Assembly: GCA_017654855.1 (NCBI GenBank)
Contig: CM030337.1
Span: forward strand, 1,984,001 to 2,048,000
From: Podospora anserina
Lineage: Eukaryota
DNA: 64,000 nt
Reading direction: 5' to 3'
The position numbers were made by a program, and so were the translations under genes. Positions within the stretch are counted from its first letter, which is position 1. Each line of letters begins with the position of its first letter. Shown here one piece after another: positions 50,102 through 64,000 of this stretch. The notes under the pieces were generated by a model, which worked only from the letters and a program-made list of their open reading frames with translations, made no database searches and was not told the origin of the DNA.

Positions 50102-50913
50102 TTCCAAAAATAAACCACACATGTTCGCGGTTGCAGATCTACGACACTGCAGTATCTTGCTCTACACATCTCACACGCAAATGTATACAACGTTGCTAGT
50201 CTACCACCCTTCCCCTTCCATCACTCATTGATGACAGAACTGTTTGGTGATGATTACTTAACCCTTCTGTTCCCACCTTGGACGCGCGGCTCTTTCTTGT
50301 ACGCACCAACTCACAACCTAATGTTGGATTCTATCCCCATGTTCCACGGCAGTTAGAGGGTGGTGAACCTCTAGCTACCACACCTTTGAACAGGCTTCCC
50401 AACATGCGGGATACTCGTTGGACAGGAAAGGTCCTGATGAACAGACATCAAAAGCACCCGTATCCGATCCACATGCCTCCGGGGACAAGCCTTAAAATCC
50501 CTGATTAGACACCCGACATTCGAACGCTCGTATGCTGTCTAGCAACCCCTATTCCCCCTATCCACAACATTGCCCCAAGATCCGATTCATCATGAGCCTC
50601 GTGCTGTCCAGCAGCTTGGTCATCTAAATAGACATAAAGCAGTGCAGGTGTCACAACCTCAAGCCACAACCTCGTAAAAGCCCCCGTGGTCAAATGCTGT
50701 GTTATCATTACTCCCGTGCTGTGTCATACAAAATCAACAGAGATAGTTCTCCTTCGTCTTTCATTCACCTCTTCGACCACACAAGCTCCTAGCCAACGCC
50801 TAACCTTCCACAATCCCCGTCACCCACACCACCATCCTTAACCCTCATGAACTCTAACCAACCATACTCAACCACAATCCCATTCCCATCCCATACCAAG
50901 AAAGCTGAGTATC

Positions 50914-52658
50914 TCAGCTCGAATCCCTCACCCAACCAGGACACTCCCCAAACTCCCCCACCACCTCCCCCTCCCCCCTATCCGCAGCCTCCAGCCCCTC
51001 CTCCCAGCTCTCCCTAAACCTCTGCCCAAGCGCTTCATACACCCCAGGCCACCCAGCCCTGACCGCATTCCCCCCGTACCTCTTCGCCCCCTCCACCGCA
51101 AACTTCCCCTGCTGCCTCGCAATAAACCCCTGCAGCAACCCCCCGTAAACCAAGCCCGCAACAACACTCTCGACACTGTCCACATCCGGCTTCTTATTCC
51201 CAAAAATCAACCCCTCGGACGGCATCAAGTACTTCGGCCCCCCCGGCGGAGGGACAAGTTCCCCAAATCCGGCCCGAGTATACCCCTCGAGCAATCTCTG
51301 CACATACGTCGCCGTAGTCACCACATCCTCAAAAGCCAACGAAGCAGCCTTATTACCCTCCCCCCCCTTCCCCCCCACCGCATCATCCATCATCCCCGAC
51401 CTCAACAGAAACGTCTTCCTCGTCAGCGACCTCCAAAGCAAGGGCTTGAGACGATACAGAAAAACCAGATACAACCCCCTCTCCCACAACCACTCCCTCT
51501 TCCCCTCCAACGCCGCCCGAAACGCCACAAAATTCCCCGACCTCACCGCCCGGCATATCGGGAGGAAAACCTCCCCAAACCCAGCCGCGTCCGGCCGGGA
51601 GAGGAGGTTCACCGACGGGAACCGGCCGCAGAGCATGTTGGAGGGGATCCACCAAGTGAGAATCTGGCGCCGGTGTTTGAGAAAGGAGGTGTGGCACTGC
51701 CTGTAGGCCTCCTCGAGGCACATGTGCGCGCGAAAGTAGTGCGCGTTGTCAAAGTTGAAGCGGCCGAGGTAGTAGAGGAAGGTTACCCTCTGCGAGGCCG
51801 GGTACAAGGCCAGGGCTGGGCCAGAGGTGGAGAGGTTGGTGAACATTTGGACGGCGAGGTGGGATTTTTCGCACTGAATATAAAAAAGGTCAGGAGCTAC
51901 GGTGGGAAAAAAAAATTTAGGGGGAAGGAGGAGCTTACGGCAAAGAGGAGTTTAAGAGTTAGATTCGCAAAGAGATAAACCGCCACCTTTTTCCCCTTTG
52001 GCGGTGCCCATCTCGTGCTGGAGCGGTCACCCAGACAAGACGTGAAAAACTTTTGGATAATATCCGCCGCCATCTCAACAACCGACTTGCTCTCCCCGTC
52101 ACCCGTCTCATCCCCTTCTATCAACGCTAGAACCTCCGGCTGTCTAGTCAGGCTCATAACCAGCTTCGACAGGGATTCCGACAAGGCCATGCTCGTCGGA
52201 AGGAGCATAACACCATAGGTCGGATTAGCAAGCGCGTTGGCGCATGATCTGTTGTCATTTTCCATCAGTTCCCTCTTCTTGAAACCAAAAAAAAAAAGAA
52301 AAGAAAAAAAAAGGGTTACCTACATCAACAGCTCGCTGAGCCTAGTGTAAACATTGACAACATCGTCAAAGTTCACATCGCGCCAGTACTCGAGGTAGTC
52401 CTTGATGAAGGAATTAAACCCCGGCCACGGCGACCCCTTCCCCTCTGGCACGTTATCTTCCTCTGGAAGACAGTTGTCGACGAATTTCTCGAGGGCGTCG
52501 CTCCCGTTATCTGGATAGTTTGATCTGATCTCGTGCGCCAGGTTGTAGTATATATCCGGGACATCGTTCTCGACCTGCAGCCAGTCTTTGAGACTGGCGC
52601 CATCTGCCTCGAGGGCAAAGCCGCGAATCTTGGTCAGGAATTGGATTGCGAGACTCAT
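50914..52658 (-). CDS. csn12: PCI-domain protein, Csn12/PCID2-like; introns about 52250-52323 and 51874-51937
   Basis: Three minus-strand ORFs join: WPGFNSFIKDYL, FTSCLGDR...KKVAVYLFANLTLKLLF, QRVTFLYYLGRF...AHMCLEEAY...ILTWWIPSNMLCGRFPS, VESVVAGLVYGGLLQGFIA. Confidence 0.8.
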
Positions 52659-53027
52659 GATGGGCGATGAGGACGTGAGTTAGTAAGTGAGTGAAAGTGC
52701 TTTTGGGTGGCACTCAAGGCGCGACTTGGCGGTTCATTGCTGCGTAGGCCACATCAATGTTGAAAAGTGGAAAATATTACAAGGTCGCGTGAGGGGTGTT
52801 TGTGGTTTGGGACAACAATAGCAATGAATATGGCTGAGTAGATTCTAAGCCAGGGCGGTGGGAATTAAACAAGTGAATGAGATCCACTCAGTTGAAAGAC
52901 AATGCAGGCCACGGCTGTCTGTGGCCAACCCTAACCCTGCTATATACACTTTTCCACGCCAACCATTCCCGTATGATTCATCACATGCCATTGGATCAAT
53001 CCTTTCATGACAGCATTATCATCATAC

Positions 53028-54447
<1,420 letters not shown>

Positions 54448-55285
54448 GATGGGTGTGGCAGAGAGTTCGCTCAACGGAAAGCTAAATGCAATGACTGACA
54501 AGACAGGAAGGCTAGACCAGGACCAGAGGCAACGAGGGGAAAATCACTTGTGGACAAGACATGATCGGAAACGGTCGCCCTTCCCGAGGGCCAGCTTCTT
54601 TAAAGAGCACCGCCAGCACTGGCACACATGCGGCACTCCTCGGCTTGTGACGGACTGACGGGATGTGCACGGGGAGTTTTGCGGAGGTGGGGACTATGAT
54701 GGAGGAGCCGGGGAAACAGCCCCGCCATGGAGTTGGGGGTGCCGGGATGCCTTAAAGCTTTGGAGAGTTCGTTGAGGTGTAACGGTTTGTTGTAGCGGCT
54801 GTCCTTTTGATACTTTCAAGAAGCTAGGTAGACCGAAGAAGGCCAGGGCCAAACACAGGAAGCATAATCTACCAGATGAAGCAGAGAGAAAACACCGATC
54901 TACAGCGGCCTTTTCAGTGGCGCCGAAGACGCCCAGTTGGTGGCTCTGGGTCTTTGATCGCACGTGCCAATGTCTTTTGTTAAGGAGCGGTTCAATTATG
55001 ATTGGCCAGAGTCACCTAAATGCACATAGCTAATCGATAAGAAATGCCCCCACTCGACAATGGCACCCATCCACTGACACCCAGAACAGAGCTTCTTCAC
55101 TCTCCGCCACCGGTTTCGCCCCCCATCGCCGTTGACATACCATAATCAACCCACTGCTGAACGCCCTCCCCACTGATTTCTCACGCGCCGAGACAGCCAC
55201 AAGCTACCATCAACTTTCCTTACCCATCGCTGGAGACCCCTCCTACCTACACCATCGAGTGTCATCCTGCGTCTTTCTGGAAAAC

Positions 55286-55970
55286 ATGTCGACGGCAGCC
55301 CGCAGACGTCTCATGCGAGACTTCAAGGTACGGCGACTCTACCAACACCTCCAGCATGAACAAGACGTGTTTCGCGATGCTAACCTTCGGCTTTCGATTT
55401 TCAGCGCATGCAAACCGACCCTCCCGCTGGCGTTTCTGCTTCTCCGGTTCCAGACAATGTGATGACTTGGTGAGTAAAGCTCTTCACCGCCAACCCAAGT
55501 CCATCAGCGAACTGGATTACCAACCAACCCATCATCAGGAATGCCGTCATTATTGGACCCGCCGATACTCCATTCGAAGACGGAACCTTTAGACTCGTGA
55601 TGCATTTCGAAGAACAGTATCCCAACAAGCCGCCCTCGGTCAAGTTCATCAGCCAGATGTTCCATCCCAACGTCTACGCCACCGGCGAACTCTGCTTGGA
55701 TATCCTCCAGAATCGCTGGAGTCCCACGTACGATGTCGCGGCTGTTCTTACGAGTATTCAAAGGTTCGTGGAAGGTTACAGGTGGACATGGCGGACACAG
55801 CAGGGAGCTTGACTGGATGGTAATGGCTGACATGGCTTGGGTACAGTTTGCTCAACGACCCGAACACGGGATCTCCAGCGAACGTCGAAGCTTCCAATTT
55901 GTACAAGGACAACCGTAAGGAGTACACGAAAAGAGTCAGGGAGACGGTGGAGAAGAGCTGGGAAGACTAA
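55286..55970 (+). CDS. rad6: Ubiquitin-conjugating enzyme Ubc2/Rad6; three introns (about 55329-55404, 55471-55538, 55763-55847)
   Basis: [81 protein letters not shown]. Confidence 0.97.
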
Positions 55971-57286
55971 AGTCATAGGTTGGTTATTGGAAGTGGATTG
56001 GACGAGCTGAACAGCAGCTGCCCCTACTGATGCTCGATATATTGGGGGCTGTTTTCGGCGGTGTCATGGGATTAGGACTACAAACCGGAGTTTGCGGTGT
56101 TTTTGGCCACCTTCGAGTGGGGATTTGTGTGTTTTCAACAGCATTCTGGCAGGCAAAGGCATATTCGTTTTGTCAGGCGTTTGGTTCGTGCAACAAATAA
56201 CTTGGTCTATTGCTCGCAAGGGCGTGTGGTTGTCAAAGTGAGAGGGAGCTTGATTTTGTTAGGGACTACAACAGGTTGGAAGGCATAGGCAAGGGCGGGG
56301 TTTGGACGGAGTTGGGCCCCGCACGCATATAATCTGATATCAGTCTAAGCAACAAAGCCTACAAGCGGTGATTTTAAGTGCCTTGGAACCATTTGCTTCT
56401 CATCGTTCTGGTAGAGGTACTCCAGATGCCCACTCTTACTAGCTTCCCGAGACAATGCCCACCATACAATTACAGGGGCTTTCCGTCTGTACTCGCGAGG
56501 CACGGGAGCCGGCTTGCAGATGTCGGCAGAAGTGGCTCGCATTGAGCTGGTACTGACGGTTAATGGTGGCAGGCTGTCGTGAGGCTGTCATCTGCAATGC
56601 TGCCCGCTGCAATCGGCCGGCAAGAGACCCACGTCTAGTGTTGGGCAGAGTGGCAGGGGCCATTTTCAAGGCATGCATTGCTCGTTGAAACACGCCCCAA
56701 GACCGTGAACCATTAGCGCGTCATTCAGCCGCGAGTTTGTCATCCATCCATCTGTCCAGTGGTGACTCGCCTCGGCCTTCTCTCCCCCTCCTCTGCCCCT
56801 GACCGCCTTGACATACCCCACCGGTCCCTGACGTTCTTCTAGAACTTTGAACTACCTAGCAGCAGAACTCAGATAACCCTCGTTTCAGGATCACTGCCCA
56901 CTCTCGCCTTCACCAGACGATACGACGACGACGTTCGGTATTGCTTTTCTAGCGGACCGCATCCTGTCATCTCTGATTTGCCGATCTGGGACCCGACCAC
57001 CACTAGCAACCCACACCACACACGTTCACTTCGCAGTCCCAGGCACCAGACGACGACCTGACTTTCCACAAACAACAACAACAACTACTACAACAACCAA
57101 AACTACCGTCGACAACTCTTGAAGAAACGTAGCCACACAGACGCTCGCTTCTGCCGATATCGCCGCCCTCGCCGCCGCTTTTTTTTTTCTTTTCTTTTTT
57201 TTTTTTTTTAACTTTTTCAACACCCGCATCTGCTTTTCCTTCCATGAACTTGCGCTTCCCGGGAGCGCGGGAAGCGGACTGCCATC

Positions 57287-60200
57287 ATGTCGAACGCAAA
57301 TAGCATCAAGGTCGTGGCTCGGTTTCGCCCGCAAAATCGGGTAGAAATCGAGTCGGGCGGTCAGCCCATTGTCACCTTTCAAGGCCCAGACACCTGCACT
57401 GTCGATGTGAGTACACCACAACGCATTGTTGCTGCTTCGAGGCCGCGCACCGCCACCCGGCATATCTGCATCTGTGCTAATATGCAACGCTTCTCCAGTC
57501 CAAGGAAGCGCAGGGCTCCTTCACGTTTGACCGTGTCTTTGATATGTCATGCAAGCAATCAGACATTTTCGACTTTTCCATCAAGCCCACCGTCGACGAT
57601 ATCCTCAACGGTTACAATGGTACCGTCTTCGCCTATGGTCAGACCGGTGCCGGTAAATCGTACACCATGATGGGTACCAACATCGACGACGAAAGTGGAA
57701 AGGGTGTGATTCCAAGAATCATCGAGCAGATTTTCTCCCAGATCATGTCGAGCCCGGCCAATATCGAGTATACAGTGCGCGTCAGCTACATGGAGATCTA
57801 CATGGAGCGCATCCGCGATCTGTTGCAGCCACAAAACGACAACCTGCCAGTCCACGAGGAGAAGAGCAGGGGTGTCTACGTCAAGGGGCTGCTGGAGATT
57901 TACGTATCGAGTGTGCAGGAAGTCTTCGAAGTGATGAGGAGAGGCGGCAACGCCAGAGCTGTCGCGGCGACCAACATGAACCAGGAGTCTTCTCGATCGC
58001 ATTCCATCTTCGTCGTCACCATCACCCAAAAAAATGTCGAAACCGGCTCGGCCAAGAGTGGTCAGCTCTTCTTGGTCGATTTGGCCGGTAGTGAAAAGGT
58101 TGGCAAGACGGGCGCCAGCGGACAAACGCTAGAGGAAGCCAAAAAGATCAACAAGAGTTTGAGTGCCCTCGGCATGGTCATCAACGCCCTGACGGACGGC
58201 AAATCATCACACGTTCCCTACAGAGACTCAAAACTCACCCGTATTCTACAGGAATCTCTGGGTGGTAACAGTCGGACGACCCTCATTATCAACTGCTCCC
58301 CTTCCAGTTACAACGATGCCGAGACACTCAGCACGCTCCGCTTCGGCATGCGCGCCAAATCCATCAAAAACAAGGCCAAGGTCAACGCCGAGCTCAGCCC
58401 TGCCGAACTCAAGCAAATGGTGGCCAAGGCCAAGAACCAAATCACAACCTTTGAGAATTACATTGCCGACCTGCAGAGCGAAGTTCAGTTATGGCGTGCC
58501 GGCGACGCCGTGCCAAAGGAGAGGTGGGTCCCACCCCTTTTGGAAGACAGAGTATCAGGCACAAAGGCAGACTCAAGGCCGGCCCGGCCCGCAACGCCTT
58601 CCCGATTACTGGAGCGTACCGGCGCTGAAACGCCTTCTGCTGCCGAGAGATCTGGGACACCAAGCCTCCCTCTGGACAAGGATGAACGAGAAGAGTTCTT
58701 GCGCCGGGAGAATGAGCTCCAGGACCAGCTTGCCGAAAAGGAGACACATGCTGCCGCCATTGAGAGACAACTCCGTGAGACAAAGGAGGAGCTTGCCATC
58801 ATCAAGGAGCACGATGGAAAGCTCGGAAAGGAAAACGAAAGGTTGATCAGCGAGTCTAACGAGTTCAAGATGCAGCTGGAAAGGTTAGCATTCGAGAACA
58901 AGGAGGCTCAGATCACCATGGACGGGCTCAAGGATGCCAACTCGGAGCTTACCGCCGAGCTGGACGAGCTCAAGCAGCAGATGCTTGACATGAAGATGAG
59001 CGCCAAGGAGACCAGTGCCGTCCTGGATGAGAAGGAGAAGAAGAAGGCGGAGAAGATGGCCAAGATGCTTGCCGGCTTCGATCTCAGCGGGGATGTGTTT
59101 AGCGACAACGAGCGATCCGTCGCCGATGCGATCGCGCAACTAGACGCCCTCTTCGAGATTGCCTCGAGTGGCGACCCTGTCCCCCCTGACGACCTCAAGG
59201 CCCTCAGGGAGAAGCTCTTGGAGGTGCAGGGTTTCGTACGACAGGCCGAGCTGTCTAGCTTCAGTGCTGCCTCCACCGAGGCCGAAGTGCAAAAGAGACA
59301 GGAGCTGGAGGCCAAGCTGACTGCTCTCCAACAAGAGCACGAGGACATCTTGTCCAGGAACCTGGATGAGGCCGACAAGGAGGAGGTTAAGGCCCTTCTC
59401 GCCAAGACGCTGTCCGACAAGTCCAGCACACAAGCCGAGCTCGTCGAGGGTCTCCGGACCGATCTCAACGTCCGCGTGGCGGAGAACGAGAAGCTCAAGG
59501 CTCTCGTTGATGACCTCCAACGCCGGGTCAAGTCCAACGGGGCGGTGCCCATGGCCAATGGCAAGACGGTGCAGCAGCAGCTGGCTGAGTTTGACGTGAT
59601 GAAGAAGAGTCTCATGCGCGACCTCCAGAACCGGTGCGAGCGCGTGGTGGAGCTCGAAATCTCCTTGGATGAGACTCGCGAGCAGTATAACAATGTGCTC
59701 CGGAGCAGCAACAACCGGGCACAGCAGAAGAAGATGGCGTTTCTGGAGCGCAACCTGGAGCAGCTCACGCAGGTGCAGAGGCAGCTGGTGGAGCAGAACT
59801 CGGCGCTGAAGAAGGAGGTGGCGATTGCGGAGCGCAAGCTGATTGCGCGCAACGAGAGGATCCAGAGCTTGGAGAGCTTGCTGCAGGAGAGCCAGGAGAA
59901 GATGGCGCAGGCGAACCACAAGTGCGTTCCTTCTACCTATGATGTTGTTGTTGTTGATGATTATTGTTGTGTTTGCACACTTAAAAAGCAGCGGCCGAGA
60001 ACGGACACGATCTCGGTCTCGGTGCACAACCCGTTTGCGAGGGCGATGTATATACTAATCACTTTTGTACTGCTACAGATTCGAGGTGCAGCTCGCCGCC
60101 GTCAAAGACCGGCTCGAGGCGGCGAAGGCCGGAAGCACAAGGGGGCTGGGCTCGCCGACTGGCCTCGGTGGCTTCAACATTGGCAGCCGAATCGCCAAGC

Positions 60201-60328
60201 CGCTTCGTGGCGGAGGTGACAACAATACTACGACGACTGTTTCTAGTAATCCTACGATTGCCAGCTTGCAGCAGCAGAATGCTCCGGTTGAGAATAAGAG
60301 GTCGAGCTGGTTTTTTAACAAGTCGTAG
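57287..60328 (+). CDS. kin-1: Conventional kinesin (kinesin-1 heavy chain); introns 57407-57498 and 59922-60078
   Basis: SIKVVARFRP, YGQTGAGKS (P-loop), NQESSRSH, LVDLAGSE, HVPYRDSKLTRILQESLGGN, coiled-coil stalk, tail SRIAKPLRGGG and KRSSWFF. Confidence 0.97.
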
Positions 60329-60743
60329 ATTTGACGAGGGGAGAAGGGGGGATGGTTCGAGGGTGAGGTGGAGCCGGAAGTGATGATGATGATGACGATG
60401 ATGATGGTTACAGGGGGTAAGTAACGGTGTGTGTGTGGAGTTGATGAGTAAGGGGAGGGGTGGTAAAGGGCAGGGGGGTGGTAAATATCTGGACAAACGG
60501 TTGGTTTGGATGTTGATGATGACTTATGTGGGGAAATAACTAGTACAAAATTGGGAGGAAGAGAGGAAAGGGAAGGGAAGCGAAAGGTATAAATTTGATG
60601 ATTGATGTAGACATATAGAAGGGGAAGAAAGGGGAGGGGGAGGTGGCCGGGGTGTTGGTAAATATGAAATATGAACTTTGCATGGAATGGACATGGTGGG
60701 CATAAAGGCAGGCATTATTTGGCTTTGGCTCTTGGCTTTCACA

Positions 60744-60767
60744 TGTGTGTGTGTGTGTGTGTGTGTG
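60744..60767. repeat. (TG)n microsatellite
   Basis: Uninterrupted TG run. Confidence 0.9.
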
Positions 60768-61224
60768 AATACGGATGAAATGATCTGCGCAGTTTGAGAG
60801 TTATACCCTGCCTTCCTTTTTTTTCTTTTCTCGATTCATGTTTATTCCATGTTTCATTCAAATCGCGTTGAGAGTAATCAGATAGCAATCACACCTATCT
60901 GGGCCATCGCCATGACACCTTCTCCCTTTCCCAAAACATCGTACAGTTGCTCCAAAGAGCCGAAAGAAATACCTCGACACATTCAATACAACTCATCCCA
61001 CATCACAAAAGTTTACACAGCTTATGAGAAAGACTATGTAAATTACACACCAAGATCTATATAAAAAAAATTAAAAAACAGACAAAAAGCTACACCCCCT
61101 ACAAAAACAACGCTGGGGAAAAAAACCCAGCAGAACTAATCATCAGTCTCCTTAAAGAAACTCCTTTATCAGAAAAGAAAAAAAAGGAACACCTCAAACT
61201 AACCACCATTCCACACCCTCCTCT

Positions 61225-64000
61225 TCAAGCCCTCCCCTTCCCCTTCCCCTTCACCTCCAAAGCAGGAAACTCCTCCTCCTCCCCCTCCCCCTCCCTCTCC
61301 CACTCCCGATTCACCACCCCTTCCTCCCTCTCATCCCCCAACCTCCTCAACCTCTCCTCCTCCTCCAACATACTCAACCTCAATGCCAACGCCAAATCAT
61401 CATCCATCTCCCCGTCACCACCACCACCGCCCAAGTCAACAACACTGTTGACCCCACTAACCCCATTATACCCATACATCTTATCCACCATCGCATTCGA
61501 TCCACTCCCACCACCCCCACCCCCATTCGTAGCCCCCTTCCCCTTATCCTTCTTCCCCCTCCCATTAGGTTTCTTAACCACCACCTGAAACTCTTGATAC
61601 ATCTCCAGATCCTCCTCACTCTGATTCTGCCCAACCGGAGAATAGCAATCAGTCACCTGCCCCGAAGAACCCCCCCCGTTCTCCAAAAGCGACAACCTAA
61701 TCGCCCTCTGCATCTGCGCCTCGAAATCGTCCTCCGTCGTCTCCTCTGGCAAAGGAGCCAAAACCACAGAGGAAGAACTCGCCCACGCGGCAGTGGCAAC
61801 ACCACCATTGGAAATGCTCGGTTCAGGGGTGATGGTCTCAGCAGTGCTGCTGCTACTGCTGCCACTGCTGCTCCCATCCAACGACCCCAAATCGGCATTC
61901 GATCCACTGGCCGTGTCACTTGCACTGAAGCGGCGCTGTTCATCCAAAAGAAGCGACTCTTCCGAGATCATCTGGGCATACTGCAGCGCTTCCTCCTCGG
62001 TGAGCTCAGCAAGACCGACACCAAACCGCTTGCGGAGACGGTCGAGTTCCTTGGAGCGGTGTTCCTGCTCCCTGCGCATCTCTGCCGCTTCAGCCGCAAT
62101 GTACGAGTCAACACCGGCACCATCACGGCGACCAGCCAGCCGCCCGTGAACATCATTGTGACGAGGGCGACGCTTGCGTCCAGTGACTTGGTTGGTAGAG
62201 CTGTAGGTCCAGTATCGCAGAAATGTACCAAACGCAAGGACACCACGCAAGGCCGTCGGGTCAGGGTCCAAAAAAATGGCACCGACCTTGTAGAAGTTGG
62301 CGTGCTGGAGAGCAGGGTTCGATTGGAGAATGTGGCGTGGAATGCGTCCCGAGGGTCTGGCGTTGAGCGTTCTTATGGGCTCAAGCGTCGAGGCCAGAGG
62401 GTCCCATGCTTGCACGAGCCCGTCACTACCTCCGTGAACTACATACAACGCCGACACACCCAGACTGGAGATCTCAGGCGAGTCGGTCTGAATGACTCTC
62501 ACCGGCTTCACCACGGGGGACGCGTCTCGCGCATTCCACAGCACAATCGACCCGGTGCTGGTGCCAATGGCCAACAAGCGCGCGCGGCGGCCCGGAATCT
62601 CACCAGAAGCATGCCCAGAAGTAGGCGTGCCAGGAGGGTCAGCGAGCTGCGAGCCAGAATGCAGAGGATCTTCGAAAGGCGCCATGACCGCAAAGGTGGA
62701 CAGGTCCATGGAGCTCGCCGTAATCTCGGTACTGGCATTGCTCTTGAAAGTGAACTCGGTGAGCTTCCATTCCTCAGAGTCCGGTTTTGCGGCATTCTCC
62801 TCGGTTCGAGGAGTGTTCAGACCAGAGCCGACTGGTGTTTTGCCCGGTCCATTCGGAACCACCTGATCACCGAAAATGGACGAATGAAAAGGCTGAGCCA
62901 GGGGTGTCGTCGGTCCTGAAGGCGTAGTCACCAGAGGCCGACTCTCTGCCCGGACAAGCCTGAGGACAGATGCCTGTTCGCCCCTGCCATGACCCATGGT
63001 GACCACATAAATGCCTTCCCCAGCTCTGTTTTCATCCCCCCCAGCAAAGTCGACCTCGAGCTTGCGCAGCATGTCCCAGCCGAGGCACGCCTTCCGCCAA
63101 TGTTCAGGCTTGTACCGAAAGAACTTTTCGATTTCCTTGGACTCAGCAATGATCTGGTCTTTGTTCAATCTCATAGAATTGCAAGGTGATCGGGGTGAGT
63201 AAGAGCCACGGACGACATTCCTATCAAACTCATCAGGTCTAGCCGTACGGCGAGTGGCCTCGATGAGTTCCCAGTAGGCAGTCCGACCAGAGTACCAGGC
63301 GTGCCTGACCATCTGTTCGAGTTTGCCTTTGACCAGGGGCGGCGTGGGAACATCCCGAAGGTAGAATACCTCACCCAACGCGTTCAAAGCAACGGCCCAA
63401 ACTCGACCCAGAGCTTTGCGCTTCAAGCTGTAGTTATCATCCACCTTGATGTCGACAACGGGAACACCTGGGCAGAGAACCCAGCGAGCGGTCATGTCGC
63501 CCTTGGAAAACCGAGGCCCAGTTGAGTCAATGCCCAGTGTGTAAGCAGTTACAACACCGAGCGTAGAACCAGTCATGATGCCAACCATGGAGTTTGTCAC
63601 CTGCATGGGGTTGGGCGTCTTGGCGATCCAAACAGCAGAGACGGCCTCCATGAGCTCCGGGATCTTGGGAATCTCGGGTTCCATGTCAATAATGACATCG
63701 TCCTGGCCCAGATACTTGCCACGCAAGTCTCCAGCACCCTTGAAGTACACCCGGCCACCAGGAAAGCCTTCTCCACCAACCAATCCATACTGCTGGCTCA
63801 CATCCAAAACATTTGGAACCGCAGCCAGGCCGTCATCCAGACCCCAAAAGTCAAGGTCGGGGAAAACCTCATCCAACTGCTGAAACGAAAAGGGGTCGTC
63901 GAGCCCGACCTTGTCCAGTCGACCCGTAGTCGGATCGCTGGCCGTGGCGATACCGAGGTCGCGAGAGCCATGAATGACCTTGGGTCCTTGCCTGCCACCA
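61225..64000 (-). CDS. F-box/WD-like protein with UIM-like motifs (resembles the Pof10 family); 5' end outside window
   Basis: Frame is open to the window edge. Beta-propeller-like LLAIGTSTGSIVLWN, YVVHGGSDGLVQAWDPL, LRYWTYSS. UIM-like EEEALQYAQMISEE, EAQMQRAIRLSLLE, DDDLALALRLSMLE. The F-box itself is not visible. Confidence 0.72.
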   Translation of the reverse strand, partial: GGRQGPKVIHGSRDLGIATASDPTTGRLDKVGLDDPFSFQQLDEVFPDLDFWGLDDGLAAVPNVLDVSQQYGLVGGEGFPGGRVYFKGAGDLRGKYLGQDDVIIDMEPEIPKIPELMEAVSAVWIAKTPNPMQVTNSMVGIMTGSTLGVVTAYTLGIDSTGPRFSKGDMTARWVLCPGVPVVDIKVDDNYSLKRKALGRVWAVALNALGEVFYLRDVPTPPLVKGKLEQMVRHAWYSGRTAYWELIEATRRTARPDEFDRNVVRGSYSPRSPCNSMRLNKDQIIAESKEIEKFFRYKPEHWRKACLGWDMLRKLEVDFAGGDENRAGEGIYVVTMGHGRGEQASVLRLVRAESRPLVTTPSGPTTPLAQPFHSSIFGDQVVPNGPGKTPVGSGLNTPRTEENAAKPDSEEWKLTEFTFKSNASTEITASSMDLSTFAVMAPFEDPLHSGSQLADPPGTPTSGHASGEIPGRRARLLAIGTSTGSIVLWNARDASPVVKPVRVIQTDSPEISSLGVSALYVVHGGSDGLVQAWDPLASTLEPIRTLNARPSGRIPRHILQSNPALQHANFYKVGAIFLDPDPTALRGVLAFGTFLRYWTYSSTNQVTGRKRRPRHNDVHGRLAGRRDGAGVDSYIAAEAAEMRREQEHRSKELDRLRKRFGVGLAELTEEEALQYAQMISEESLLLDEQRRFSASDTASGSNADLGSLDGSSSGSSSSSTAETITPEPSISNGGVATAAWASSSSVVLAPLPEETTEDDFEAQMQRAIRLSLLENGGGSSGQVTDCYSPVGQNQSEEDLEMYQEFQVVVKKPNGRGKKDKGKGATNGGGGGGSGSNAMVDKMYGYNGVSGVNSVVDLGGGGGDGEMDDDLALALRLSMLEEEERLRRLGDEREEGVVNREWEREGEGEEEEFPALEVKGKGKGRA

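Noticed and set aside
61594..62919. 441-aa plus-strand ORF opposite the F-box/WD-like gene
   Set aside because: Antisense shadow with no recognisable domain.

Overview
A 64-kb gene-dense segment of a filamentous ascomycete genome. Short GT-AG introns with CTAAC/CTGAC branch points, the gene set and the spliced arg-2 uORF point to Sordariales, probably Podospora-like; this is an inference from sequence style, not a database result. I can support about 24 intron-containing protein genes, mostly conserved housekeeping: MDV1 (5'-truncated), an aldo-keto reductase, BUB3, GPN2, POP5, TVP15 (absent from the ORF track), the SRE/SreA iron GATA repressor, an Acinus-like SAP protein, TAH18, an RRM-RGG-RRM protein, GCS1, ETF-beta, arg-2/CPA1 with its three-exon arginine attenuator peptide uORF, a membrane pepsin-like protein, a Thr-rich surface protein, CSN12, thiolase, RAD6, kinesin-1 and a 5'-truncated F-box/WD-like UIM protein. 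The one accessory-looking block is about 28.8-32.3 kb: a frameshift-disrupted coiled-coil gene with His-containing 14-residue repeats, followed by a ~200-bp AT-rich fold-back inverted repeat. Other notable signals are SRE-type ATCWGATAA boxes upstream of sre itself, a uORF plus hairpin ahead of kinesin-1, and a C-rich-5'/G-rich-3' gradient within many CDSs. I recognised no tRNA, rRNA, CRISPR array or intact transposon, and I cannot claim a clearly new multi-gene system. Exon boundaries were read by eye and may be off by a few bases.
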